Shown: positions 18,035-27,341 of the stretch, piece by piece
Numbering within the stretch: the first letter of the stretch is position 1
How the letters are laid out: every line of letters begins with the position of its first letter
Source of the DNA: Candidatus Geohabitans tengchongensis
Lineage (GTDB): Bacteria > Sysuimicrobiota > Sysuimicrobiia > Sysuimicrobiales > Humicultoraceae
DNA: 39,886 bases
Reading direction: 5' to 3'
Assembly (NCBI GenBank): GCA_031459625.1
Contig: JAVKIH010000022.1
Span: 1-39,886 of the forward strand
Program-made: the position numbers and the translations under genes
The notes under the pieces: model-generated
Database searches by the model: none
What the model was told of the DNA's origin: nothing
Seen by the model: the letters and a program-made list of their open reading frames with translations, nothing else

Positions 18035-18467
18035 CGAGCAGCGTCCCCAGCGTGACGAGCGGGGCGGTGTCCCCGACCCGGAAGACCTGGACGGTGACCG
18101 TCCGCAGCGTGAGGGCGTCGTCGGGGGCCACCAGCACCGCCACCTCGAGCGGGTAGGGCGAGGGGTTCTGCACGGCGTCGTAGGGCGCGGGCAACGGCAG
18201 GGGCGAGCGGGCCAGCCCGGTGAAGCCGACCATGGTATAGGGGTTCACGCTGGCGCGCACCTGCTCCATCACCTGGGAGGCGAGCATCGTCGCCGCCGCC
18301 CGCTCGTTGGCCCGGCCGGAGTGGAAGAGGCCCGCGATGAAGACCTGCAGGATGAACAGCGCGATGGCGGAGAGGAGGTAGAGGGAGACCAGAAGCTCGA
18401 GGAGGGTGAAGCCCCCCATGCCGCGATGCCCGCGGCCGGGGCCTGTGACCACCGCGTGCCGCCTCAC
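18024..18467 (-). CDS. PilV-like minor type IV pilin, cassette A
   Basis: MGG|FTLLELLVSL motif. Paralog of 14413..14868. Confidence 0.85.
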   Translation of the reverse strand: MRRHAVVTGPGRGHRGMGGFTLLELLVSLYLLSAIALFILQVFIAGLFHSGRANERAAATMLASQVMEQVRASVNPYTMVGFTGLARSPLPLPAPYDAVQNPSPYPLEVAVLVAPDDALTLRTVTVQVFRVGDTAPLVTLGTLLDDN

Positions 18468-18514
18468 CCGCGCCCCCTCGGAGGCAAGACGCCACGCGCC
18501 GGGTGGCTTGCGCT

Positions 18515-18612
18515 CCCGTTCGGCAGCCCGGCTGGGTGGGGGCCCGGCACCTGGGCGCCCACCCCCGTGGCTTTGCGAACCGTCCTCGCGGACGGCGTGC
18601 CTTTGTCGCGGG
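18515..18612 (-). ncRNA. c-di-GMP-I (GEMM-I) riboswitch upstream of pilin cassette A
   Basis: Minus strand CCCG-CGACAAAG-GCACG-CCGTCC-GCGA-GGACGG-TTCGCAAAGCC-ACGGGGGTGGG...CCCACC-CAGCCGGGCTGCCGAA-CGGG. Shows P1, a GNRA-capped P2, the conserved CGCAAAGCC junction and the 3' AGCCGGG.TGCCGAA. Confidence 0.85.
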
Positions 18613-18754
18613 TCTTGCCCGGCTAGGCTTTCAGCCCTCTTGTGCCCGGATGGGGACGCCGGTAGACGGCACGAAGGCCGCGCGGGACCCAGCGCCCGGG
18701 CCGGTGGGGCGAACCGGACGCAGGCGGCCGGAGGGTTTCGCCGCCCGCGGGCGA

Positions 18755-18801
18755 AGTGACCCCAGGACCCCAGGAGGCGGACGGAGTGACCCCAGGAGGC
18801 G
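18755..18801. repeat. Short tandem duplication (AGTGACCCCAGGA / CCCCAGGAGGCG) covering the ylbE RBS
   Basis: AGTGACCCCAGGA at 18755 and 18785. CCCCAGGA occurs three times. Confidence 0.7.
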
Positions 18802-18805
18802 TATC

Positions 18806-20044
18806 GTGACCATCGACCAGGCCAACCAGGAGGTCGTCTCCCGCATCCTGGCCGGCCAGCCGGTGCTCGTCGACGTGCGCCCCGCGGCGGAGGCGATCCC
18901 CGGGATGCGCCCCACCCTCGTCCTGCACGCCGGGCCGCCCATCACCTGGGAGCGTATGTCCGGCCCGCTGCGCGGGGCGGTGATCGGCGCCCTCCTCTAC
19001 GAGGGGCTGGCCCGGGACGAGGCCGAGGCCGCACGCCTGGCCGCCTCCGGCGAGATCACCTTCGCCCCCTGCCACCACCACGGCGCGGTGGGGCCGATGG
19101 CCGGGGTGACCACGGCCTCGATGCAGGTCTACGTGGTGGAGAACCGCGCCTTCGGGAACCGGGCCTGCTCCACCCTCAACGAAGGCTACGGGCGGGTGCT
19201 GCGCTACGGGGCGTACGGGCCCGAGGTCCTGGAGCGCCTGCGCTGGCTGAACGGAACGGTGGGACCGGCCCTGGGCGAGGCGCTGCGGCGGCTGGGCGGC
19301 CTGGACATGAAGAGCCTGATCGCCCAGCAGCTCACCATGGGGGACGAGGGGCACAACCGCAACAAGGCGGGCTCCGCGCTGCTGGCCCGCCTGCTCGCCC
19401 CCGCGCTGGCCGAGGGGAGGCTCGCCCGGGACGACCTGGCCCGCGTGCTGCGCTACCTGGCCGACAACGACCTGGCCGTGCTCAACCCCGTGATGGCCGC
19501 CTGCAAGGCCCTCCTCGACCCGGCCCACGGCGTGCCGCACAGCACGCTGGTCACCGCCATGGCCCGCAACGGCACCGACTTCGGCATCCGGGTGAGCGGC
19601 CTGGGGGACCGCTGGTTCACCGCACCGGCCGAGGTCCCGGTGGGCCTCTTCTTCCCGGGCTTCTCCCAGGCCGACGCCAACCCGGACATCGGGGACTCCA
19701 CGATCACCGAGTCGGCGGGCATCGGCGCGTTCGCCATGGCGGCGGCACCGGCCATCGTGCAGTTCGTCGGCGGCACGCCCCAGATGGCCATGGAGGCCAC
19801 CCTGGAGATGTACGAGATCACCGTGGCCGAGAACCCGGCCTGGGCCATCCCGGCGCTGGACTTCCGGGGCGTGCCGACGGGGATCGACATCCGCAAGGTC
19901 GTGCGCACCGGAATCACGCCCCGGGTGAACACCGGGATCGCCCACCGCGAGCCGGGCGTGGGGCAGGTGGGGGCGGGCCTGGTGCGCCCGCCGATGGCCT
20001 GCTTCGAGGCCGCGCTGGAGGCGGCGGCGGAGGTGTTCGCCTAG
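18806..20044 (+). CDS. YlbE/DUF1116 family protein (oxamate carbamoyltransferase subunit AllG-like)
   Basis: GTG 18806 after AGGAGG. Motifs LHAGPPITW, GAVGPMAGV, MGDEGHNRN, ARNGTDFGIRVSG, PDIGDSTITE, INTGIAH-like VNTGIAH, GQVGAG. Confidence 0.9.
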   Translation: MTIDQANQEVVSRILAGQPVLVDVRPAAEAIPGMRPTLVLHAGPPITWERMSGPLRGAVIGALLYEGLARDEAEAARLAASGEITFAPCHHHGAVGPMAGVTTASMQVYVVENRAFGNRACSTLNEGYGRVLRYGAYGPEVLERLRWLNGTVGPALGEALRRLGGLDMKSLIAQQLTMGDEGHNRNKAGSALLARLLAPALAEGRLARDDLARVLRYLADNDLAVLNPVMAACKALLDPAHGVPHSTLVTAMARNGTDFGIRVSGLGDRWFTAPAEVPVGLFFPGFSQADANPDIGDSTITESAGIGAFAMAAAPAIVQFVGGTPQMAMEATLEMYEITVAENPAWAIPALDFRGVPTGIDIRKVVRTGITPRVNTGIAHREPGVGQVGAGLVRPPMACFEAALEAAAEVFA

Positions 20045-20076
20045 CGCCACGGCCGGCGCTCAGGGAGGTGGAGGGC

Positions 20077-20436
20077 ATGCGGTTCGGCAACGCGCACTAC
20101 TACGTGGGGGACATGGGTCGGGCGCGCGAGGTCTACCGGCAGCTGCTGGACCGCGAGCCGCGCTACAGCGACGACGACTGGACCGAGTTCGCGCTGGACG
20201 GGGGCGTGCTGGCGCTCCACCTGCACGCCCGCCGCCCGGAGGTCACGGACAAGACCGAAGTGCGCTACGGGGCGGTGGTCACCGTCGAGGTGGAGGACAT
20301 CGGGCGCGCCCTGGAGCAGGCCGGGCGCGCCGGCTTCCTGCAGGTCTCGGACATCATGAGCGAGCCCTACGGCAAGCTCGTGAGGATCCAGGACCCGTGG
20401 GGGAACCAGGTGGTGCTGCACGAACCGTCGCGGTGA
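20077..20436 (+). CDS. VOC/glyoxalase family protein
   Basis: YVGDMGRAREVYRQLL ... EVEDI ... EPYGKLVRIQDPWGN pattern. Confidence 0.85.
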   Translation: MRFGNAHYYVGDMGRAREVYRQLLDREPRYSDDDWTEFALDGGVLALHLHARRPEVTDKTEVRYGAVVTVEVEDIGRALEQAGRAGFLQVSDIMSEPYGKLVRIQDPWGNQVVLHEPSR

Positions 20437-20526
20437 CCGGCGGCACCGACCCGCCGCGGTGTCCGGCGGGGAGGCATCCGATGAGGGCTGGCGACAAGTG
20501 GGCCACGACAGGAGGTGAATGAGCCG

Positions 20527-21354
20527 ATGGCCGTGGACCTGAGCGGCGTGCGTGTCCTGGACCTCTCGCAGAACTTCAGCGTGGACTCCCCGCCATTTGC
20601 CTACTACGACGGCCCCACCATCAAGTGGGTGAAGAAGCTGGCCTTCGAGGGCGTGAACGCCCAGTACATCGCCACCACCAACCACATCGCCACGCACCTG
20701 GACAGCCCGCTGCACTTCCACGACCCCGGGCCGGACGTGGCCGGCATCCCCATCGGCCAGCTGGTCGGGCCGGCCTGCATCGTCGACCTGCAGGCCTTCG
20801 GGGTCGGCGACTACGGCATCTACGGGCCCGAGCACTTCGAGCAGTGGGAGCGCAAGACGGGGATCACCATCGAGCGCGGGGACATCCTGGTCATCCACAC
20901 CGGCTACCACGCCTACTACAACGAGGACTGGTCGCCCGCGACCCGGGAGCGCCACGCCGACGCCCGCGCCGACCTCCCGCGCGCCTTCCTGCGCCATCCC
21001 GGCCCGCGGGCGGAGTTCTGCCAGTGGGTGCTCGACCGCGGCATCCGCTGGCTGGCCGTGGACGCCATCTCCACCGACCACCCCTTCAACACCAACGTGC
21101 GCCGCGCCCGCCCCGACCTCATCCCGGAGGTGGAGCGCGTCATCGGCATGCCGCTCGAGGAGGCCTTCCCCTGGCCGCGGGACTACCAGGCCACCCACAC
21201 CATGCTCTTCCCCCGCGGCGTCTACCACGTGGAGAACGTCGGCGGCGAGATCGACCGGGTGCTCGACCAGCGTGTGTGGGTGGGCTGCTTCCCCTTCCGG
21301 TTCAAGGGGGGTGAGGCGGCCTTCTGCCGGTTCGTGGCCTTCGTCCCGGCCTAG
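20527..21354 (+). CDS. Cyclase family metal-dependent hydrolase (kynurenine formamidase-like)
   Basis: [12 protein letters not shown] (variant of HxGTHxDxPxH), [25 protein letters not shown] 20527 follows AGGAGGT. Confidence 0.88.
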   Translation: MAVDLSGVRVLDLSQNFSVDSPPFAYYDGPTIKWVKKLAFEGVNAQYIATTNHIATHLDSPLHFHDPGPDVAGIPIGQLVGPACIVDLQAFGVGDYGIYGPEHFEQWERKTGITIERGDILVIHTGYHAYYNEDWSPATRERHADARADLPRAFLRHPGPRAEFCQWVLDRGIRWLAVDAISTDHPFNTNVRRARPDLIPEVERVIGMPLEEAFPWPRDYQATHTMLFPRGVYHVENVGGEIDRVLDQRVWVGCFPFRFKGGEAAFCRFVAFVPA

Positions 21355-21501
21355 GCCCGTGGGGAGGATGCCCGCCGGGAGGGCCGGCCTGGCTCCACCG
21401 CGGCGTTGCCGGGGACGCCGTGCCGGGCCACGGGCGGGAGGCAGCGCGGAGACCTGATCACGGACCGCCCACGCCCGTAGTCCGGCGGGCGCTCCCGAGC
21501 C

Positions 21502-23292
21502 ATGACGGCCGAGATCGCGCTGCTCCTCTCGCTCATCGCCGTCGCGCTGGTCCTCTTCTGGTTCGAGTGGATGCCGGCCGACGTCGTCGCGCTCGGCCTC
21601 CTCCTCGCTCTCGTCCTCACCGGCCTCCTGCCGCCCCAGGACGCCTTCGCCGGCTTCGGCAGCGAGACGGTGATGATGATCCTGGGGCTGCTCATCCTCA
21701 CCGCGGCCCTGCTGCGTACCGGCGTCGTCGACCTGGCCGGGCGGACGATCCTGCGTCGCGCTGGCGAGGACCCCCACCGCCTCCTCCTCTTCGTCATGCT
21801 GGGGGCTGCAGGCTTGAGCGCCTTCATCAGCAACACCGCCGCCACCGCCTTCTTCCTGCCGGTGACGATGGGCATCGCGGCCCGCCTGCGCGCCAGTCCC
21901 TCGCGGCTGCTCATGCCGCTCGCCTTCGCCTCCATCCTGACCAGCTCGGTCACCCTGGTGAGCACCTCCACCAACCTGGTGGTGAGCGGGCTCATGACCC
22001 GCTACCGCATGGCCCCCCTGGGGATGTTCGAGCTGGCCCCGGTGGGCCTGCCCGTGGCGCTCGTCGGCCTGGCCTACATGTGGGTCCTGGGCCGCCGCCT
22101 CATCCCGGACCGCACGCCCCCCGACGAGCTGGAGGACTTCGGGCTGCGTCCCTACCTGACCGAGGTACTGGTCCTGCCGGACTCCCCGCTCGTCGGCAAG
22201 ACGCTCGAGGAGGCGGGGTTGGGGCGCGACCTCGACCTCACCGTCCTCCGCGTCGTGCGGGGCCCCGAGGAGCAGTACCTGCGGGCGCAGGCCCGCACGC
22301 GGCTGCAGCCCAACGACATCCTGCTGGTCCAGGGGCGGCGCGAGGACATCCTCAAGGTGAAGGACCGGGCGGGGATCGAGATCAAGCCCGAGGTCCACCT
22401 GCCGCTCGCCGGCCAGAGCGAGAACGGCGTGGGGATCGCCGAGGTCATCCTCCTCCCGGGGTCGACACTGGTGGGCCGCACCCTCAAGACCTTCCGCTTC
22501 CGGGAGCGCTTCGGCCTGCAGGTGCTGGCGATCCACCGCCACGACGCCGTGCTCGTGCGGAAGCTCAGCGACGTGCGGCTGCGCGTGGGGGACGTCCTGC
22601 TGGTCCAGGGACGGCTGCGCGACGTGGCCGCCATCGCCGGCCGCCACACCTTCCGCATCCTGGGGCCCGTGGAGGACCGCCGGCCCCTCGTGCACCGGGC
22701 CCCTCACGCCGTCCTCATCTTCGTGGCCACGCTGGCCGCCGCGACCGCGGGGGTGCTGCCGCTCCCGGTGGCGGTACTGGCCGGGGCGCTGCTGGCCTTC
22801 CTCACCCGCTGCCTGACGCCGGAGGAAGCCTACCGCGAGGTGGAGTGGAAGGTGATCGTCCTCATCGGCAGCCTGCTGGCGGTGGGGCACGCCATGGAGA
22901 CCACCGGCGCGGCGCGCTACCTGGCCGGCCTGATCACCTCGGCCGTCGGGCACGCCGACCCGCTGTGGCTGCTCGGCGGCTTCTTCGCCCTGACCGTACT
23001 GCTCACCCAGCCGATGTCGAACCAGGCCGCCGCCATCGTCGTCCTGCCGGTGGCGGTGCAGACGGCGGTGCAGCTCGGCCTGAACCCCCGGGCGTTCGCC
23101 GCGATGATCGCCGTGGCGGCGAGCACGTCGTACATCACCCCGCTGGAGCCCTCCTGCCTGATGGTCTACGGCCCCGGGCGCTACCGCTTCTCGGATTTCG
23201 TGCGGGTGGGCGGCCTGCTGACGATCCTGATCTTCGCCGTGGCCGTGCTCCTCGTCCCCCGGGTGTGGCCGCTGGTCCCGCCGCGGCCGTAG
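21502..23292 (+). CDS. SLC13/DASS-type permease with two TrkA-C domains
   Basis: Motifs [33 protein letters not shown]. Two central SPLVGKTL / STLVGRTL TrkA-C repeats. Confidence 0.9.
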   Translation: MTAEIALLLSLIAVALVLFWFEWMPADVVALGLLLALVLTGLLPPQDAFAGFGSETVMMILGLLILTAALLRTGVVDLAGRTILRRAGEDPHRLLLFVMLGAAGLSAFISNTAATAFFLPVTMGIAARLRASPSRLLMPLAFASILTSSVTLVSTSTNLVVSGLMTRYRMAPLGMFELAPVGLPVALVGLAYMWVLGRRLIPDRTPPDELEDFGLRPYLTEVLVLPDSPLVGKTLEEAGLGRDLDLTVLRVVRGPEEQYLRAQARTRLQPNDILLVQGRREDILKVKDRAGIEIKPEVHLPLAGQSENGVGIAEVILLPGSTLVGRTLKTFRFRERFGLQVLAIHRHDAVLVRKLSDVRLRVGDVLLVQGRLRDVAAIAGRHTFRILGPVEDRRPLVHRAPHAVLIFVATLAAATAGVLPLPVAVLAGALLAFLTRCLTPEEAYREVEWKVIVLIGSLLAVGHAMETTGAARYLAGLITSAVGHADPLWLLGGFFALTVLLTQPMSNQAAAIVVLPVAVQTAVQLGLNPRAFAAMIAVAASTSYITPLEPSCLMVYGPGRYRFSDFVRVGGLLTILIFAVAVLLVPRVWPLVPPRP

Positions 23293-23311
23293 CCGGCCGC
23301 ACTCCGGGTCG

Positions 23312-23752
23312 TCAGCCGGTGTTGTCCGGGAGGCGGTCCAGGAACTGCTGGATGTGCTCCAGGTAGCGGGGCACGTCGGTGAGGGCCTCCGCCGCTGCGG
23401 CGTGCACCTTCGCGGGGTCCACCTCGTTGTACTCGTGCGCCAGCCGGTTGCGCAGGCCGGCGGCCCGGGCGATCCGGCGTGCAAAGTCGGCGGGGAGGAC
23501 GTCCAGCTCGGCGAGCTTCAGGAACGACTCGTGAAAGTCCTTCGGGGCCACCCCACGCAGCTCCACGGCCAGGTGGTAGTTGATGTCGAGCATCCTCCCG
23601 ATCAGGCGCTCCAGCAGCCGCTCCGTGGCCAGCTGCGCCTCGAGGCGCGCCAGGTACTCCTGGAGCGTCAGGCGGGCGAGCGGCTGCAGGCGCACGAGGT
23701 CCTCGGCGATCAGCGTGATCTTCCGCTGGACGACGTCCCGGTCAACCGGCAT
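23312..23752 (-). CDS. hepT: HepT-like HEPN ribonuclease toxin (DUF86)
   Basis: [10 protein letters not shown] matches the RX4HXY HEPN motif. Directly downstream of and overlapping an MNT gene. Confidence 0.9.
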   Translation of the reverse strand: MPVDRDVVQRKITLIAEDLVRLQPLARLTLQEYLARLEAQLATERLLERLIGRMLDINYHLAVELRGVAPKDFHESFLKLAELDVLPADFARRIARAAGLRNRLAHEYNEVDPAKVHAAAAEALTDVPRYLEHIQQFLDRLPDNTG

Positions 23753-24182
23753 GGGCGGCGAGCCGTCGGACCAGGGCCCGGGTGGCCTGCGCCTCCAGAT
23801 GGAGGTAGGGCAGGTACTCGCTGAAGCGTCGAAAGGCGTAGACGCGGTACCAGCGGAAGGTCCGCTCGTCGCCGTAGAGCAGGACGGCCGTCTCGAAGAT
23901 CCGGCAGAGGAAGAGCGGATCCGCCCGTGAGACGAGCGCGAGGTCCACGTCGGCGGTGGCGAAGACGTCGGCTAGGTCGGCCGTCAGGCGACCCAGGTCC
24001 TGCAGGGAGAGGTCCACGCCCGGTTCAGGCAGCACCGCCACGTCGAGATCGCTGCCCGCGTGGGTGCGGCCGGTCACCGCCGACCCGAAGGTCAGGATGA
24101 GACGGAGCCGGTGGCGCTGCGCCACCTGCGCCAGGCGCTCACGCTGGTCGGGCGTCAGGGCGAGAGTCGTGGCGTGCCGCAT
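23742..24182 (-). CDS. mntA: MntA-like minimal nucleotidyltransferase antitoxin
   Basis: FGSAVTGRTHAGSDLDVAV matches GSX10DXD. VDLAL. Overlaps the hepT start. Confidence 0.9.
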   Translation of the reverse strand: MRHATTLALTPDQRERLAQVAQRHRLRLILTFGSAVTGRTHAGSDLDVAVLPEPGVDLSLQDLGRLTADLADVFATADVDLALVSRADPLFLCRIFETAVLLYGDERTFRWYRVYAFRRFSEYLPYLHLEAQATRALVRRLAAHAG

Positions 24183-24198
24183 GGGACGGACCGGCTGG

Positions 24199-24228
24199 AT
24201 GCTAGAGGAGGGTCGCACCCAGGGTCAA
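24199..24228 (-). promoter_or_regulatory. Putative sigma70 promoter of mntA-hepT
   Basis: TTGACC (24228-24223), 18-nt spacer, TAGCAT (24204-24199), 16 nt before ATG 24182. Confidence 0.55.
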
Positions 24229-24238
24229 GGCGTGTCGC

Positions 24239-25447
24239 TCACGGCCTGGTCGGCCGCGGCGTGGTCGGTCCCGGCCTGGTCGGTCCCGGCACGTAGCGCA
24301 GGAGGGCGCCCACCCCTTCGTAGGGGCGCAGCGCTTCCGCCGCCGTCCCCGTGACGACCTCGAGCGCGGCGCCGCTCTGCTGGGCCAGGAGCGGGAGCAC
24401 CTGCGGCACGGGCGCCACCTCGACCGGCCCGCCGCAGGTCGGGCAGCGGTCGTGGGGCGCGGCGGCCACGTAGCCGCACACCTGGCACCGCCACACCTCG
24501 CCGCCGACGTCGCGGTCCGCCACCACCACCATCGCCTGCTCCTGGACGAGGACCCCGACGGTGGGCGCGCGGCCCAGCACCCCGGACCCGGCGCCGGCGG
24601 CGTCGAGGAGCCGCCGTACCACCTCGGCCTCGTGCCGGTGTTCCGCCTCGACCGCTACCGGCAGGGTGCGCCCCACGATCTCCGGGACCCCGGCGTCGGG
24701 CGAGAGGTGGACCTGGGCGACGAGCCGCCCCCGCACGGGGTCGGGGAGCAGGTCCCGGACCGCGCCGACCGCCTCCGGGGGACCGGCCAGGACGAGCCGC
24801 TCGATGCCCAGGTCGCGCATCCACTGCGCCGTCGCGCCGGCCGCGCCGAGCCAGAAGCGGCGGACGTGGTCCTCGACCCGCGCGACGAACGTGTCCCGCT
24901 GGCTGCCCCGGGTGGCCGCCGTGCCCAGCCGCTGCGCGAAGGAGGGCGGGCGCCCGGCTTTGAAGCGCCAGTCGCTGGTGTCCAGTTCCAGCGTCTCCTC
25001 GGAGACGACCGCCGTGCGGCCCAGGTAGGCGACCAGCAACCGGGCCCGCTCCCGGTCCACGGCCAGGATGGCATAGGGGTTGTACTCCTCCAGGGCCCAG
25101 AGCAGGGGCACGACGTCCGGGCGGCCGTAGCTCAGGCGGTTGGCCAGCGGGAACGGCAGCACGCGCTCCTGCCACAGCCCGTCGGCGGCGAAGAGGGCGA
25201 GCCCGCGCCCTCCCGGCGGACGGGTCTCGACGTGGGCCAGGACCCGCTCGGTGAGCGGGGCCAGTACCTTCGCCGTCTCCCGGGGCTGGTGGTCCACCAG
25301 GTCGCGCAGGGCGTTGCGCAGCCAGATGCGGTAGGCGGGGTGCGTCGACTGGTGCTCGGGCTTGGTGGGGTCGACGTCGAGGTAGAGCGAGAGCACGTCC
25401 TGACGCTCGCTGCGGACCAGAGCGCGGAGCTCGGGAGGGAGGTCCAT
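24239..25447 (-). CDS. Bacterial eRF1/aRF1-like release factor homologue (baeRF/VLRF1-type) with C-terminal zinc ribbon
   Basis: Motifs VLSLYLDVDP, GLALFA, P.V.PL..ALEEY..YAILAVDRERARL, RGSQ loop, LVLAGP, CQVC..CPTC, L....GVGALLRY. ATG 25447 after AAAGGAGG. Confidence 0.8.
   Translation of the reverse strand: MDLPPELRALVRSERQDVLSLYLDVDPTKPEHQSTHPAYRIWLRNALRDLVDHQPRETAKVLAPLTERVLAHVETRPPGGRGLALFAADGLWQERVLPFPLANRLSYGRPDVVPLLWALEEYNPYAILAVDRERARLLVAYLGRTAVVSEETLELDTSDWRFKAGRPPSFAQRLGTAATRGSQRDTFVARVEDHVRRFWLGAAGATAQWMRDLGIERLVLAGPPEAVGAVRDLLPDPVRGRLVAQVHLSPDAGVPEIVGRTLPVAVEAEHRHEAEVVRRLLDAAGAGSGVLGRAPTVGVLVQEQAMVVVADRDVGGEVWRCQVCGYVAAAPHDRCPTCGGPVEVAPVPQVLPLLAQQSGAALEVVTGTAAEALRPYEGVGALLRYVPGPTRPGPTTPRPTRP
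24242..24290. repeat. 15-bp tandem repeat x3 encoding the PGPTR-like C-terminal tail
   Basis: CGGCCTGGTCGGCCG / CGGCGTGGTCGGTCC / CGGCCTGGTCGGTCC. Confidence 0.7.
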
Positions 25448-25617
25448 CCGTGGCCTCCTTTCATCGAACTGGGGAGTGGCCGTGGCACGGGCATGGGCGA
25501 GCGGCCCTCCCACCTCCGAACTTTCCCGTTGGACCCGGGCCTGGAGCGGCCGCGGGGCGCCATCTCCCCCTTCACCCTACTCCGCTGCGTCCGCCGGTGC
25601 CCACCCTGCCCCAGAAC

Positions 25618-25651
25618 GCCCGAGGGGCCGGACCGCTCCGGCCCCTCGGGC
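25618..25651 (-). terminator. Strong hairpin, probable terminator after the cupredoxin genes
   Basis: Perfect 15-bp stem GCCCGAGGGGCCGGA-CCGC-TCCGGCCCCTCGGGC, 23 nt after the stop at 25675. Short U content. Confidence 0.65.
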
Positions 25652-25674
25652 TCTCCCGCGCCCCCCGCCCCGCG

Positions 25675-26685
25675 TCACTCCACCACGATCACGCCCTTCA
25701 TGCCCTCGGGGACGTGCACGATGCACCAGTACTCGTACCGCCCCTTGCGAGTGAAGGTCAGGCTGAACCGCTTGGGGAGGCTCGCTGGCGCGGCCGGCGG
25801 GTAGAGGACGCCGGAGTTGGCGTAGCCGGTCCCGCTGTAGGTCTGGCTCCTGGTCGGCCGGGCCACCTTGGGGTTGAGCAGCAGCCGCGGCGGGCCCTGG
25901 GCCTGGGGCTGCGGCAGGACGAACTCCGGCGGCTGCTGGCCTCCCAGGAAGGTCACCGTGTGGATCTCAAAGTTGTCGGCCATCGTCCAGGTGACGGTGG
26001 TACCCACGCGGACCCGCAACGGCTGGGGGGTGAACCGCAGGATGGAGTAGCCCGCCCGGACGTCCCCGACCATGGGGACGGTCACGGTCCGCCCGGCGCG
26101 GGTCGGCCGGTACTTCGCCCAGGCGGCCTGGCCGGCGCGGATCGTGGCCGCCTGCTCGGCGCGGGCCTGCCGGAGCACCGCCTCCGGCGAGCCGGTGGCC
26201 CGCTCGCGCACGACCACCCGCCCCGACATGGCCGGACCGTGGAGGATGCACACGTACTCGTAGGTCCCGGCCTTGGTGAAGGTCAACTCGTAGGTGAAGG
26301 GCCGGGACGCCCCCGGACCCATCGGGGGCGTACCGGAGTTCCGGTAGCCCGTCCCGTCGTACGTGCGCGGGCCCACCGGGAAGAAAACCTCCGGGTTGAA
26401 GTAGGTCCGGCCGCCCTCGTGGACCTCGATGGCCGGCGGCCGCTGCCCGCTGGTGAACGCCACGTTGTGGAAGCCCTCGAACTGCCAGCGCACGGTGTCG
26501 CCCACGGCGACTTCGACCGTGCGCGGGAAGAAGGCGTTGGCCACGACCGCCCTGTCCTTCGTCCCCCCACCGGCGAGCACCGTCCAGGTTCGTGCACCGC
26601 CCTGCGTCGCCCGGGCCGCTGTGGACAGCGAGCCCACCAGCAGTACCAGGCTCACCACGATGAGCCATCGTCGCATTCCCACCAC
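25675..26685 (-). CDS. Secreted two-domain cupredoxin (plastocyanin/azurin-like)
   Basis: Signal peptide. Two type-1 Cu sites: FHNV...CILHGPAM and IHTV...CIVHVPEGM. Confidence 0.88.
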   Translation of the reverse strand: MVGMRRWLIVVSLVLLVGSLSTAARATQGGARTWTVLAGGGTKDRAVVANAFFPRTVEVAVGDTVRWQFEGFHNVAFTSGQRPPAIEVHEGGRTYFNPEVFFPVGPRTYDGTGYRNSGTPPMGPGASRPFTYELTFTKAGTYEYVCILHGPAMSGRVVVRERATGSPEAVLRQARAEQAATIRAGQAAWAKYRPTRAGRTVTVPMVGDVRAGYSILRFTPQPLRVRVGTTVTWTMADNFEIHTVTFLGGQQPPEFVLPQPQAQGPPRLLLNPKVARPTRSQTYSGTGYANSGVLYPPAAPASLPKRFSLTFTRKGRYEYWCIVHVPEGMKGVIVVE

Positions 26686-26781
26686 GCCTTTGGCGTCTGT
26701 TGATACCTCGTGTGCGCCACCTCGAACCCCATTCGGCCTCTTCAGGTATCGTGACAGCCACCCAACCGGCTGCCCGACCTC

Positions 26782-27171
26782 TCACCCCCTCCCGCCGACG
26801 ACGACGGTGCCGTACATCCCCTGGAGGGGGTGGAGCAGGCACAGGTAGCGGTACGTCCCCGCCCGGCGGAAGAGGAAGGTGTAGCTCCCACCCGGGGCGA
26901 GGGTTTTCGAGTCCCAGACCCCGTCCAGGCTCGTGGCGGTATGCGGCACCTGCCCCCGGTTCACCCACCGCACCCGCTGGCCCGGACGGACGGTCAGCAC
27001 CGCCGGGACGAAGTAGTTGTCCTTCGTCTCGACGACCTGCGCGTCGTCGCCGACCCCGACCGCCCGGCCGCCGTCGCTGCCCCCCACGCGGCCGCGGTCC
27101 ACCACCCAGACGGCGAGGGCAAGGGCGAGCACACCCAGGGACACGACAAGGACCGGCAGAGCCCTTCGCAC
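26782..27171 (-). CDS. Membrane-anchored single-domain cupredoxin (amicyanin/plastocyanin-like)
   Basis: N-terminal TM, FVPAVLTV, PHTATS, YLCLLHPLQGMYGTVVV. Start uncertain (GTG 27171 or ATG 27243/27240). Confidence 0.82.
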   Translation of the reverse strand: MRRALPVLVVSLGVLALALAVWVVDRGRVGGSDGGRAVGVGDDAQVVETKDNYFVPAVLTVRPGQRVRWVNRGQVPHTATSLDGVWDSKTLAPGGSYTFLFRRAGTYRYLCLLHPLQGMYGTVVVGGRG

Positions 27172-27341
27172 ACCACGCGCTCTTCGATTGACGTCCTGGG
27201 GAACCTGTTGCGCCGCAGGGCCCAGCAGGTGCCTTCCCATCATACGCCCCGGGCGGCCAATCTCCTCCCTCGCCCGCTCCTGACGTCGCTCCCGCGCCGC
27301 CGATCCGACACCTCCCTCCGGCCCCTGAAGGTAGCGGCCGA

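Noticed and set aside
20041..23484. 1147-aa minus-strand ORF and other long antisense or alternative-frame ORFs (e.g. 7876..10242, 11612..13966, 35770..37986, 36063..38234)
   Set aside because: Shadow ORFs of high-GC coding genes. They are Arg/Pro/Gly-rich with no motifs and overlap well-supported genes. Only the last ~78 codons of 36063..38234 are real (LLM C-terminal remnant).
25448..25610. Cobalamin riboswitch-like words (GGGAA, GCCACT) upstream of the eRF1-like gene
   Set aside because: B12-box and core helices could not be assembled, and the downstream gene is unrelated to B12.
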